DNA of 64,000 nucleotides from Octopus vulgaris (taxonomy: Eukaryota), in contig OX597839.1 of assembly GCA_951406725.2 (NCBI GenBank), positions 25,854,001-25,918,000 on the forward strand, written 5' to 3'. A program made the position numbers and the translations under genes. Numbering within the stretch: the stretch's first letter is position 1; each line of letters opens with the position of its first letter. Below are positions 27,049-39,835 of the stretch, piece after piece. The notes beneath the pieces are model-generated. The model was not told the DNA's origin and did no database searches. It worked only from the letters and a program-made list of their open reading frames with translations.

Positions 27049-27609
27049 GTGTTGAGAGGAATTCTTTAGGGTTTGACTAATTCACCCCTGGAAACATACA
27101 TTTCATTCATCATCCTTAAATAACTCTTATTCATGGACTACCTGACCTGCAAAAAATTCTAACTGGGCCCCACCTGCAAGGTTCTATATCGTTTATCTTG
27201 TATCGTGCACATATGGTTGAGATGCATGTGCCTGGTGTACCCCAATCGGAAAGGTAGCTATGATGAATATTTTGGGCTTCATATATTTCTACTCCAGTGT
27301 CACTTTGCTGGAATGTGCTGCTCTCTCACTCAAAAATAATTTTTTCTATTATAGGAATAAGGCCTGAAATTTTGAGGGGAGAGGTTATTCAATTACACTG
27401 ACCTCAGTGCTCAACTGGTACTTATTTTATTGACTTCAAACGGCAAAATTTTACCTCAGTCTATCCCATCTGTCTCCTCTTGCTCTGCTTAGTCTATATA
27501 TATATATATATAAATAAATGAAAGAATGGAGTTGAACAAATATTTTAACAAAATTCCTTCACTCTCAACACATGTCGAATTTTCCATATTAGGATAATTC
27601 ATTCACCTA

Positions 27610-27659
<50 letters not shown>

Positions 27660-27885
27660 TTATAATTGGGGATGGTCATATTTTGCCCAATTAACACACG
27701 CACTATATATTTGTCTTCACTTCATTATTGTCATTATTTTAGTTTCTTTGTCAAAGTTCTTTTTATCACACATCCTGTGACCTCTTCAGCGACTCTCCAC
27801 CCCATGTGTCTTCTCTTGCTCTGCTTATTCATAGTTTAAAAAAAAAGAACATACAGAAAAAAAGAAAAGAAAGCATCCAACTTAC

Positions 27886-28061
27886 AAACAATAACTTCTG
27901 GGCACTTGGCCGATCTGCAGGACATTTGGCAAGACAGGAATCAACAAAGTCGTGAAAACTTTCAGACCAGTCACCAGGAGACAGGGTGGGAGAATCATTC
28001 TGTGCAATGTGATACAAGGCACTCATTGCGTTCATATTAAACAATGGAGGTTTTCTTTCAG
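27886..28061 (-). CDS. TAOK1: TAO kinase coding exon 7 (C-lobe)
   Basis: tttcag|(A)[58 protein letters not shown]|gtaagt; 176 nt, phase 1/0. Confidence 0.97.
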
Positions 28062-28132
28062 CTGAAATGAAAGCAAAAAAAAAAAAAAAATTTATATTAA
28101 ACACAAGCAAATTTGTTCAACATTTTGTCTTT

Positions 28133-28660
28133 TTAACCCTTTTGTTACCATATTTCTGTTGAGATGCTCTGTGTTTCTTTAAATTAATTTTAAATATAAC
28201 AAAGAATTTAGTAAAGTAACTTAGTTATCATTCAGCTAGTGCTAGGAACCTAAATTGTGACTAAGGTTTGGTGGAAGAACTTATGAAACCAAGACATTTG
28301 TACTACAGAACCAGAGGTGGTTTCAGCCCAGTTGGTATCAAAACGGTTTATTTGCAGATTTTGTTTCACATAGTTGTTTGACTTGTTAGAAATAGCAGCC
28401 AAATCTTGTGCAAATTGAAGTTGACCGACTGTCTTTAGCCCTTTCCCATATTTCTGTTGAGATGCTTTGTGTTTCTTTCAATTAATTTTAAATATAACAA
28501 ACAATTTAGTAAAATAACTTCGTTATCATTAAGCTGGAGTTAGGAACATAAATTGTGACTAAGGTTTGGTGGAAGATTTTAATACAGAACTTTTGGAAAC
28601 AAGACATTTGTACTACAGAGCCAGAGGCAGTTTCAGCCAGCTTGGTATCAAAAGAGTTAA
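28133..28660. mobile_element. Two copies of a TTAA MITE (family of 21598-21825, reverse orientation)
   Basis: ttaacccttttgttacc... and ...tatcaaaagagttaa; internal sequence matches the reverse complement of 21598-21825. Confidence 0.7.
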
Positions 28661-29159
28661 ATAATAATTTTTAAATTTTTAAAAAGCCCAAAACTAAAGG
28701 TATATAGCCAGGTAGTTAAGCTTGAGTTTGTAATTGTAAGATAGTAGGTTCAATTCCAAGACCAGACAGAGTATTTCATTTTGTGCTGCTTTCAGTCTAC
28801 TCAAGAGAAAATGCTGGTGGATTGATTTTGACCAAATTGTTTTCTCCCTGTTGTGGTGGCTTTTTAAGTGTCCCTTTTCTGGTCTCTTGGATACCACTTT
28901 GTAACTGCATGAGTCCACCTATTGTCTGTGAACCTTGCTAAAACAACATGAAGAAATAGGCGTCAGTATCCTGCAGGTGGATCGGATTGCACTGCGGTGG
29001 CAGATGGAGATCCAAGTGACCAGAGGCTGTTAAGGGTCTCAGGTGCCAATAAGCTTCCAAGGAACCAGCTAACAACCCTTGCTATGTACTAACAGCTGCA
29101 GGTCTTCAGCAGGGGGAACCAGAATGACCCATCTGATGGAAGAGAAAAAGAAAATGCAA

Positions 29160-29566
29160 TACTCTCTCTTTACTCTTTTACTTGTTTCAGTCATTTGACT
29201 GCGGCCATGCTGGAGCACCGCCTTTAATCGAGCAACTCAACCCCGGGACTTATTCATTGTAAGCCCAGTACTTATTCTATTGGTCTCTTTTTCCGAACCG
29301 CTAAGTGACGGGGACATAAACACACCAGCATCAGTTGTCAAGTAATGTTGGGGGGACAAACACAGACACACAAACACACACATGCATATATATATACATA
29401 TATACGACGGGCTTCTTTCAGTTTCCGTCTACCAAATCCACTCACAAGGCTTTGGTCGGTCCGAGGCTATGGTAGAAGACACTTGCCCAAGGTGCCACGC
29501 AGTGGGACTGAACCCGGAACCATGTGGTTGGTAAACAAGCTACTTACCACACAGCCACTCCTGCCT
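29160..29566 (-). mobile_element. SINE family A (also minus-strand copies at 31537-31910 and 52967-53381)
   Basis: Reverse complement of the 15016-15430 consensus. Confidence 0.85.
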
Positions 29567-29614
29567 GTATATATAAAGAAAAACCAAAACAAAAACTCTG
29601 AGGAGGGAGTTTTA

Positions 29615-29929
<315 letters not shown>

Positions 29930-30054
29930 TTATCTGGGCATTGTTAACAATCATCTGGTATACAGTAAAAGAAAATAACTGTAGTAGTAGTAGCAGCAGC
30001 AGCAGTAGTAGTAGTAGTAGTAGTAGTAACAACAACAACAATTATAATCCTTTA

Positions 30055-30196
30055 ATAATAATAATAATAATAATTGTGTACAGTGCTCAGGTGCACTACA
30101 ACTCATCTAAAGTGTATATATAATCAGGTGTAGTTTTGGCGGATTTCGGAAAGCATGAGGGCCTTAAAGGATGCAGTGTCATGGCAGTCAACAACT
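30055..30196 (-). mobile_element. 5'-truncated CR1-like LINE 3' end (related subfamily)
   Basis: Reverse complement shares cactgcatcctt..catgct..ccgccaa..ctacac and gtgcacctgagcactg plus an (att)n tail with 58590-58837. Confidence 0.7.
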
Positions 30197-31124
30197 ATGA
30201 AAGGTAGAAGGCCTGAAATTTGTTGGGGGATTGGCTAGTTGATTACAGCTGATATCAGTAGGATCTGAACTCAGGACATGAAGAGCCGAAGAAATGGTGC
30301 TAAGCATTTTGTCCAATGCAATAATGAATCTGCTGGCTCACTACTTGAATAATAATTCTGTCTTCTAATAGGCACAAGGCCTGAAATTTCTTTTAGAGGA
30401 GGGGGGGGCGAGAAATGCTCAACTGGTACATATTTTAATGACCCCCCAAAAAGATAAAAGGCTAAGTCAATCGCAGCAGAATTTAGACTCAGAATGTAAA
30501 GACAGACAAAATATATATATATATTATAATAATAATATAAGGGAATATTATTCCAAACTTACAGGAGAAAAAAATTCAATTTAGGAATACTAAATCAAAT
30601 TTCACAAAGTATAAATTAGAAAAAAAACACCTTATATTTTGCACATTACTTAATCATCGTTATATGTTTTATCTTATATTTAATCTTTCTATAATATGTA
30701 ATTTTCTAGATGGTATAATTTAATTTTTCATTATTGAATTGATAAAAGGTGGGTTTTTTTCTAATTTATATATATATATATATATCACGTGACCGACCAG
30801 TCCATCAGATGTAGTTACACATCGCTGGTCACAATGCGTTCGCATCGTTTTAGCCTTCGAATGACGCCACCCTGCTGGCTAAGCAAGCAGGCCAACAGAA
30901 GAAAGAGTGGGAGAAAGAGTACTGAAAGAGTACAGCAGGGATCACCACCCCCTGCCGGAGCCTCGTGGAGCTTTTAGGTGTTTTCGCTCAATAAACACAC
31001 ACAACGCCCGGTCTGGGAATCGAAACCGCGATCCTACGACCGCGAGTCCGCTGCCCTAACCACTGGGCCATATTTCATTAGACACGAAATGTGGTAGAAG
31101 ATATAATAAAAACAAGATACTCAC

Positions 31125-31274
31125 CCAGTTTTACTAGGCCATTTTCTCTGAGAAGAATATTACCAGCTTTAATATCTCTGTGGATTTTGCCTTGGCTATG
31201 CAAATAGTGCATCCCTTCCAAAGCATCATGGCATATGGCTGATATCTCCACTTGTTTTAAAGGTTTCTTGTGCA
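31125..31274 (-). CDS. TAOK1: TAO kinase coding exon 5 (HRD catalytic loop)
   Basis: tttcag|(V)[49 protein letters not shown]|gtgagt; 150 nt, phase 1/1. Confidence 0.97.
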
Positions 31275-32290
31275 CTGAAAGAGATTATGGAGGGGGTCAC
31301 AGGTAAGAAACTAAATCAAAAATACAGTCTGATATATTTGCATTACGTTACCACCCACTTAGTAGTTCTCACCTGTGTATCTAACCTAGTGCTTTTCAAA
31401 CTTTTTGCTGGAGCGAAACCCCAAGGAAACATTCCACTGGCTCGGGGAACCCCCGTGCAATAATTTAATAGTCTTATGCACACATATCTGCACAGGAGAA
31501 TTAAAAATTACTGCCGATTTTAGCAGTTTTGTAACTTCTTGTTTCAGTCATTTGACTGTGGCCATGCTGGAGCACCGCCTTTAATCGAGCAACTCGACCC
31601 CGGGACTTATTCTTTTGTAAGCCCAGTACTTATTCTATCAGTCTCTTTTGCCGAACCGTTAAGTGACGGGGACATAAACACACCACCATCGGTTGTCAAG
31701 CAATGCTAGGGGGACAAACACAGACATACACGCACACACATATATACGACGGGCTTCTTTCAGTTTCCGTCTACCAAATCCACTCACAAGGCTTTGGTCA
31801 GCCTAAGGCTATAGTAGAAGACACTCGCCCAAGGTGCCACGCAGTGGGACTGAACCCGGAACCATGTGGTTGGTAAACAAGCTACTTACCACACAGCCAC
31901 TCCTGCGCCTAATAACTATTTTTTTCCTCATTTTACAAGGAAAACAAACTGAAGTTCCTTGCCAAGGAAACCAAAGCCAGACACTAAAAGCTGAAAGCCT
32001 AAACTTATTTCATCTAACATCATTCCGTTTTTTTTGTTTGTTTTTGTCTGGCTCTCCATGTCGTTATGATGTAAACTAAAATGTAGACCTAACCAGTAAT
32101 TAGAAAGACGTCTTTTGATATGAATGCTTAATAACAATGTTAATTAACTTCTGCATTCATTATGTTAACGGTTCAGACCTGCAAACCCGTCGATATATAA
32201 AAATAAGATGTTCAATATAAACCGAAGTTAGTTCCAGCTGGCATTAGTTCAGGCAGCTCGTTAACTAAACGATGTAATGTGGTTGGCTCT

Positions 32291-33181
32291 GAATGGTCAC
32301 ACAGAATATTATCAAAGTGGTTCCAGTAGTGGCCATCATGTCTTGTCCTGAGGTCAGTAAACACAGAGCTCCAGGATTACACTATCCAACATGACCTTCT
32401 TTTAAAAGTCAGTCCAATAGGATTTGAAGGAAATTTGGCTACTATTTTTAGCAATTGCGGTATAGTCCTGAATGGACACACGGAATACTATGAAAGGTGT
32501 TCCAGTAGTGACCATCATGTCTTGTCCTGAGGTCAGTAAACACAGAGCTACATGATTACACTATCCAACATGTCCTTCTTTTAAAAGTCATTCCAATGGG
32601 ATTTGAAGGAAATTTGGCTACTATTTTTAGCAATTGCGGTATAGTCCTGAATGGACACACGGAATACTATGAAAGGTGTTCCAGTAGTGACCATCATGTC
32701 TTGTCCTGAGGTCAGTAAACACAGAGCTACATGATTACACTATCCAACATGTCCTTCTTTTAAAAGTCAGTCCAATAGGATTTGAAGGAAATTTGGCTAC
32801 TATTTTTAGCAATTGCGGTATAGTCCTGAATGGACACACGGAATATTATGAAAGGTGTTCCAGGAGTGGCCATCATGTCTTGTCCTGAGGTCAGTAAACA
32901 CAGAGCTACATGATTACACTATCCAACATGTCCTTCTTTTAAAAGTCAGTCCAATGGGATTTGAAGGAAATTTGGCTACTATTTTTAGCAATTGCGGTAT
33001 AGTCCTGAATGGACACATGGTATATTATGAAAGGTGTTCCAAGAGTGACCATCATGTATTGTCCTGAGGTTACAGTAAACACAAAACTACAGGATTACAC
33101 TACCCAACAAGTCATTCTTTCAAAAGATGGTTAACAGAATTTGAGGCAAATTTGGCTACTATTTTAAGCAGTTCAAGCAAT
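32291..33181. repeat. Tandem array, ~5 x 179 bp
   Basis: gaatgg(t/a)caca unit starts at 32291, 32470, 32649, 32828, 33007; inner copies nearly identical. Confidence 0.92.
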
Positions 33182-34011
33182 TGTGTGGAACAGTGTTTTC
33201 CCCATACTAGGATGCTAGGAATATCATCATCATCATCATTTTCATTTAGCGTCCGCTTTCCATGCAAGCATGGGTTGGACGGTTCAACTGGGGTCTGGGA
33301 AGCCAGAAGGCTGCACCAGGCCCAGTCTGATGTGGCAGTGTTTCTACGGCTCCTAACGCCAACCACTCCGTGAGTGTAGTGGGTGCTTTTTACGTGCCAC
33401 CTGCACAGGTGCCAGACGGGGCTGGCAAACAGCCACGGACGGATGGTACTTTTTACGTGCCACCAGCACGGGGGCAAAGAAACAAATCCCAATTTAACTT
33501 CTCTGCGTTTCCATACCAACACAAAATGGAGGTGGGGGGGTGGGGTTCAGAGGCCAACTCAACATTTGCCATCAAAGGTTCAGGGGTGGCTGCATGGTAA
33601 AGAAGAATGAAGAATCGCATATCTCAAAAACTTGTTTATTAGGGTAGTTTTCATTAGATTCACATTAAATTCCAATCCGACACGTGTTTCTGCTGCATGA
33701 GTGTACCCCAATGTTCTTTGGTGTAGCATTTCGGTGCATTTAGTTGGTTCGTTTGCGGTAAATATTCCCCCAAGGTAGACATCCCTATGCAGTTTTGTTC
33801 AAGGTTTTACCCCTGCTTCACCTGAAGCAAACTGAGGAATACATTGTCAAACAGACCTTTTCAAAGCATATTCTAGTCTAATCGTTTATCTCAAACAATT
33901 CTATATGTTCCCTACCACGGTTAGCCAGAACCCAAATTATATCAGAATGCTAGTAAGATATCTGCCCGGATTCAAAATCTTTATTTCTTTAAAGTTATAT
34001 CATACAATATA

Positions 34012-34190
34012 CCGTACTTTAACGTATAAAGAAACCCCGAATTTTTAGGGCTTAAAATTTGGAAAAAAAAGAGGGATTCAAATTTGGGAAAAAAGTCAGG
34101 GGTTATAATACTATCCACGTATAAGAAACTCCCATATTTTTTAACCTAATTTTTGACAATAAAGGGTTCCTTATACACATTAAAATACGG
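34012..34190. mobile_element. Tc1/pogo-type MITE
   Basis: ta-ccgtactttaacgtataaagaaaccc ... gggttccttatacacattaaaatacgg imperfect TIRs. Confidence 0.55.
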
Positions 34191-34397
34191 TTATATCACT
34201 CTCAGATGTTTGTGCTGAACAATAAACTAGGAAAATGTTTAAAGCAATGAAAAAATACTTCTTTTTTTTTTTGATGGGGTATAAATACAAATCAACATTT
34301 TAAAAGGTGAAGAAATTCAACAGTCACCCACCCACCCACTTCTGCCCTCCTACCCTTGGTTAGCTCAACATTACAAACAGCCAAGTTCCTTATTTAC

Positions 34398-34443
34398 CTT
34401 CAATTATGTCTGCTGCAGAACCAAGACAGTACTCCATGACAAG
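34398..34443 (-). CDS. TAOK1: TAO kinase coding exon 4 (hinge)
   Basis: cctcag|LVMEYCLGSAADIIE-G|gtaaat; 46 nt, phase 0/1. Confidence 0.95.
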
Positions 34444-35060
34444 CTGAGGGAGAGAGAATGAAAAAAAACACAAGAAATATAAGAATTTCAAAATTCACAG
34501 CAAATTTAAATACTAAATGTTTCGATTAGATTAAATCCAGCTAAATCAACCCTCACCTCACAATCATCACCCTCATCTTGCATATACAAAAATCTTCATC
34601 ATTTAACATCTATTTTCTATGATGGCATGGTTGGATAATTTGTATGTGTGTACAGTATGTATGTATATATCTCTTTTACTATTAACACTGAATCTGTTGC
34701 TATAATTTTTTTTAATAAGCATGTTGGCTCTTTGCGACACCAGTGCCTCAACAAACCCTGATAGTCTGTGTATCCTTGACAGGAAGAGGTTGCTATGCCT
34801 GCATTGGATGTCTATTGTGGACATGGCCAAGGAAGAGCAAAATCACTCCATCTGGCAGCTCTGACAGCCACAGCAAACGGATGTTGCCTGTCAAACAATA
34901 TAAACACAAGTGCTTCTACACACCACAAGTCCATAAGAGAGGTCCTCTCGGAGTAAATGACGCAGTATATTGTGTTCTAGCACAACATCCACTGTAAGTG
35001 GGAGATATTTCCTTTCATTATTTATATTGTTTTTGTCACTGTTAACTTTATGTACGTACA

Positions 35061-35644
35061 TAATCTCTCATGGAAGCGCCATCCAACCAAAATGCAAATA
35101 TATGGGAAACTACCACCTGTGTCATCTCTTGTGAAAGGTAAGAGAGTCCAGTTTGCTGGACATTGTTGTAGAGCTGAAAAAGAAGTAATTTCTACTCTTC
35201 TCCTCTGGAAGCCATCTACTCGCAATACCAGAGGGCGCACACTCTCCTACCTTGATGTAATCTCCAGGGATACAGGCATCCAGCAACAGGACCTCCGTAA
35301 CGCCATGATGGACTGTGAAGTCTGGCGAAGCATGGTAAATTTGGTCATCCAACCAAAATGCAAATATATGGGAAACTACCACCTGTGTCATCTCTTCTGA
35401 AAGGTAGGAGAGTCCAGTTTGCTGGACATTGTTGTAGAGCTGAAAAAGAGGTAATTTCTACTCTTCTCCTCTGGAAGCCATCTACTTGCAATACCAGAGG
35501 GTGCACACTCTCCTACCCTGATGTAATCTCCAGGGATACAGGCATCCAGCAACAGGACCTCCATAATGCCATGATGGACCGTGAAGTCTGGCGTAGCATG
35601 GTAAATTCCATTGTCTCGACCACGGTCGAACAATGATGATGATT
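35061..35644 (+). mobile_element. RTE LINE 3' end, partially tandem-duplicated
   Basis: Two consecutive copies of the MQIYGKLPPVSSL...WRSMV segment (35061-35341 and 35346-35644). Confidence 0.88.
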
Positions 35645-35724
35645 ATGTACGTATATATATACATATTCAGGAGTTCATGAATAACTCCTGAACATGTATA
35701 TATGAAAGGAAATGCTTGGTATCC

Positions 35725-35921
35725 CGTTGAGAGAGCATATAAGTAGCAAGATCATCAGAAAGAAGTCCGGCGTGAGAGATGTCATCGCAGAGTATACACG
35801 CAGCAAGTATAGATGAGCTGGACACGTCGCCCGGCTCACCGATAATCGGTGGACACACGCAGTTGTCGAGTGATACCCGCGTGAGCGGAAAAGACCACCC
35901 GGAAGACCTCCACGACGGTGG
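35725..35921 (+). mobile_element. Second RTE-clade LINE fragment, degraded
   Basis: IRKKSGVRDVI....SKYR*AGHVARLTDNRWT..V.E*YPRERKRPPGRPPRRW. Confidence 0.75.
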
Positions 35922-36002
35922 AGTTACGATTTCAGGAGTGAAAGTAGTTTGGCCAGTGTTGAGTGCACAACATGGTTCTGACATTATGGAAACAGAAGAT
36001 AT

Positions 36003-36231
36003 TTAACCCTTTAGTATTTAAACCAGCCATATCCGGCAAAATTTTAATTCATCTGTTTTATGTTCAAACTGACCAGATCTGGTCTCTCACACCTACCCTA
36101 CAATGTTATTCTACATTAAGTAATTACACCATCAAGATCTTAAAGATTTGAAAAAATGCATGATTAATTCAAATCAATGGGAATCAATAAGCATTATGTT
36201 TGATAGAATAATCTGAACACTAAAGGGTTAA
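36003..36231. mobile_element. piggyBac-type TTAA MITE
   Basis: TTAA-ccctttag ... ctaaaggg-TTAA; nearly identical to 49556-49782. Confidence 0.8.
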
Positions 36232-36365
36232 AACAGTTTAATTATTTTTCATTACTTACTTTTGTTTCGCTTTTTAGGGTGAGGGGTATTTTTTCCCTAA
36301 ATTTCTAAATCATATCTAATTGTCTCTCAAATAAAACGATAAAAGAAAAAAATAAAGAAACTTAC

Positions 36366-36467
36366 CCATGTCGTATGCTCCCTCAAATAGCACCCTTTAA
36401 AATCTATAATATTTCTATGCTTCAAGTCCCGCAGGAATTTCACTTCTTTTACTATGTCTTGCCATTT
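36366..36467 (-). CDS. TAOK1: TAO kinase coding exon 3 (alphaC helix)
   Basis: ttttag|[34 protein letters not shown]|gtaagt; 102 nt, phase 0/0; absent from ORF track, read by hand. Confidence 0.95.
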
Positions 36468-37355
36468 CTAAAAAACAACAGAAAGTGAAATCAATTCAAA
36501 AAGAAAAAAAGTTAAAACATCAAAGAGGACAAAAAGAAAGTGAAGAAGTTGGAGATATTTTTCTGGATTTGCTAATTAGAAATGAATGAGATGAAAATTA
36601 TATCGCAATATGATTTTTCTCATTAGTAATACTGATTAGCAAACCGTTTTAGACAGATCGGCATTTAATTCTTCCCCAAATAATATATAGGTGCAGGCAC
36701 CTCCTCATCTGCTGTGACCAGGTGGTATGTGACTGACAAACACGAAACCTCGTCAACCCAGCTGGATCCTCAGTGAAGAGAGCGCAATAAGCAGGGCCTA
36801 AGACCCTGGTATTTTTCTTATTTCTTTATTCCTCACAAGAGGCCAAACATAGAGGGGATAAACAAGGACAGAGAAAGGTATTAAGTCGATTACATCGACC
36901 CCAGTGCGTAACTGGTACTTAATTTATCGACCCCGAAAGGATGAAAGGCAAAGTCGACCTCGGCAGAATTTGAACTCAGAACGTAACGGCAGACGAAATA
37001 CCTATTTCTTTATTACCCACAAGGGGCTAAACATAGAAGGGACAAACAAGGACAGACATAGGTATTAAGTCGATTACATCGACTCCAGTGCGTAACTGGT
37101 ACTTAATTTATCGACCCCGAAAGGATGAAAGGTAAAGTCGACCTCGGCGGAATTTGAACTCACAACGTAACGGCAGACAAAATACCACTAAGCATTTCGT
37201 CAGGTGTGCTAACGTTTCTGCCAGCTCGTTGCCTTTTTCTTTAAACATATACAATTTTCAAATTGATAAAAAGCCACCCTGGAACCTGTAATTACGCAGG
37301 ACTGGATCAAGTAACGAGAAAGAATATGAACAAAATATGAAAACTTGTGACTCAC

Positions 37356-37427
37356 CTCTGCAGAACTTTTTCCACTGAAAGACATCTTTTTAATGGCAAC
37401 AATCTCCTTTGTGATAAGGTTTTTAGC
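37356..37427 (-). CDS. TAOK1: TAO kinase coding exon 2 (VAIK lysine)
   Basis: cttcag|AKNLITKEIVAIKKMSFSGKSSAE|gtgagt; 72 nt, phase 0/0. Confidence 0.96.
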
Positions 37428-37674
37428 CTGAAGAATAAAGAGAAAAAAGACACTAATAAGCAAATAATGCCTGGCAGGTGGGTGTGGGATGAAGAATTAA
37501 GCAGGACATATGTCGACAAAAAAATGGTTCCTATCAATATTTCACCATTCCATAACCATATTTCGGATGGCGTTCACTGCCTGTCTCGATTACTTTTTAA
37601 AATGATCAAAACTTTAGAAAGGTGGATTTCAATAAAATAACTTTTTTCCCTTATTACACTGTTTGACTGGAATA

Positions 37675-38061
37675 TCTTTATATATAAAAGTGAAGTTTTT
37701 ATATGTGTGTCTGTCTCCTACGATTTAGATTCCTAACTACTCCCACATTTTGCGGTGCAGTTTAACCAAAACCGGGTATCTTATAGTCGTGATTCATATC
37801 GAGCCCTTCTGGGTATTAGCGTGCGTCTACGATGAGTCTACGACTTAAAAAAAAATTTACCATCATTTTTTCCCATTTTAATGCATTTTTTCGCTATTAT
37901 ATAAGGGAAGTAACTCTCTAAAAATGTCTACGATGAGTCAACGATTAAAAAAAAATTTACCATAATTTCTTTTCCATTTTTAATGCATTTTTTGGCTCTC
38001 TAAAAATGCTTATATAGTTATTTCCCTTACAAACTCGAGCAATGCCGGGTGATACGGCTAG
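37675..38061 (+). mobile_element. Non-autonomous Helitron-like element
   Basis: A|TC start (tctttatatataaaag), subterminal hairpin ctcgagcaatgccggg, CTAG|T end. Confidence 0.7.
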
Positions 38062-38571
38062 TATGAAATAAAAATGATCAAAACTTTAGAAAGGAGGATT
38101 TCAATAAAATAACTTTTTTCCCTTATTACACTGTTTGACTGGAATATACTATGATGAAAAAGGATGCGACCGACATCATTGCCATCATCATCTTCATCAT
38201 CATCATCATCATCACCACTGTTGTCATCGCAATCATTGCCATCATTCTGACATCCATTTTTTAATACTTAGCTGGGTTTTACAGAATTCGCAGAGGCAAG
38301 TTTTCCACGGCTCCAGGCCCCACCTGCCCCTAAGCTTCTCTTCAATTACACAAACACTTTCACCCTCTCAACATTCAGATTTTTTCTATCAAATGCAATG
38401 CTTATTTATTCATATTGAGTTAATCCTGCATTATCTCAGAGCTTTGAGATTTCAATGATGTGATTGTTTATTTTTAAAATGACATTGTAGGGTAGGTGCG
38501 AGAAGCCAGATAAGCCTTATCTGGCTGGTTTGGAAATAAAACAGGACGAATCTGGCCAGTTTAAATGTTAA

Positions 38572-38658
38572 GGGGGCAGAGGTAAAGAATACGCACACCA
38601 CCCTAAACCTTAACCCCAAGCCTTAAACACTAGGTGTGCGTATTCTTTATCATTGCCC
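38572..38658. mobile_element. 87-bp hairpin MITE with telomere-like loop
   Basis: Arms ggtaaagaatacgcacacc / ggtgtgcgtattctttatc; TTAA on both sides; loop contains ccctaaaccttaaccccaagccttaa. Confidence 0.7.
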
Positions 38659-38979
38659 TTAAGGGTTTAACTTAGAAGCTTCATCATAATCATCATCAAC
38701 GTTTAACGTCCGTTTTCCGCGCTAGCACGGGTTGAACGGTTTGACCGGGGTCTGGGGAGCCAGGGGCTGCTCCAGGCTCCAGTCTGATCTGGTAGTGTTT
38801 CTACAGCTGGATGCCCTTCCTAACGCCAACCACTCCGCGAGTGTAGTGGGTGCTTTTTACGTGCCACCTGCACAGGTGCCAGAGGGGTCTGGCATCGGCC
38901 ACAATCGGTTGGTGCTTTTTATGTGCCACCAGCACAGAAGCCAGTCGAGGTGGTGCTGGCATCGGCCAAACAATGTGCT

Positions 38980-39095
38980 ATGCTTACAGCACCTAGGTTT
39001 CCCAAGCGGTCACCCATCTAAGTACTGACTAGGCTCGACGTTGCTTAACTTCGGTGATCAGACGAGAACCGCTGCTTTCAACGTGATATGGCCAT
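38980..39095 (-). pseudogene. 5S rRNA pseudogene (near full length)
   Basis: GGCCATATCACGTTGAAAGCAGCGGTTCTCGTCTGATCACCGAAGTTAAGCAACGTCGAGCC...AGTACTTAGATGGGTGACCGCTTGGGAAACCTAGGTGCTGTAAGCAT; first ~4 nt missing, no oligo-T terminator. Confidence 0.88.
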
Positions 39096-39835
39096 GAAAA
39101 CAAAGGGCAGCCTCTGATTTAAATTATCAGAAAAAGTTTTTTTTAAAAATTAAGATTTCTAAGATGCTCATTAAAAACAAATAAAAATATTTACCAAAAA
39201 CAACAACAAAAAAATCACAAGTTTGATGCACCACAAGAGAGAGATTGCAGTATTCAAAAAAGTGAAAATCTGCAGTGTTTTCTTTCTTCTTTTTCAGGCA
39301 GCATCTTTGTTTTCAAACATTGGTTGAATCTATTCAAATTCTAAGACTGACAAGTAATTTTGATCCGAGACCATGTCTGGGAACTAAAACACTTGCTCCT
39401 TGGAAGAGGGGCATTACAGCCATTAACCCTAACCCTAACTAGTTGATTTACATCAACCTAGGTGAACAACTGGTACTTATTTTATAAAACCGTGAAAAGA
39501 TGAAAGATGAAGTCTACCTTGGTGAAATTTGAACACAGAACATTAAGCCAAAAGAAACACCATGAAGCATTTTGTCTGACACACTAATGATTCTACCAGC
39601 TTCACTGCCTGCTCGTGAAATTAATGTGCAAGTGGCTGAGTACTCCACAGAATGTGACAGAGCCTGGCCCTTTGAAGTACAGGTACAACCCATTTTTACC
39701 AGCTGAGTGGACTGGAGTAACAAGAAATAAAGTGTCTTGCTCAAGAACACAACATACTACTGGAAATTGAACCCATGAACTTACGCTCACGAGCCAAATA
39801 CACTAACCACTAAGCCACGTGCCTTCACTTGTGAT

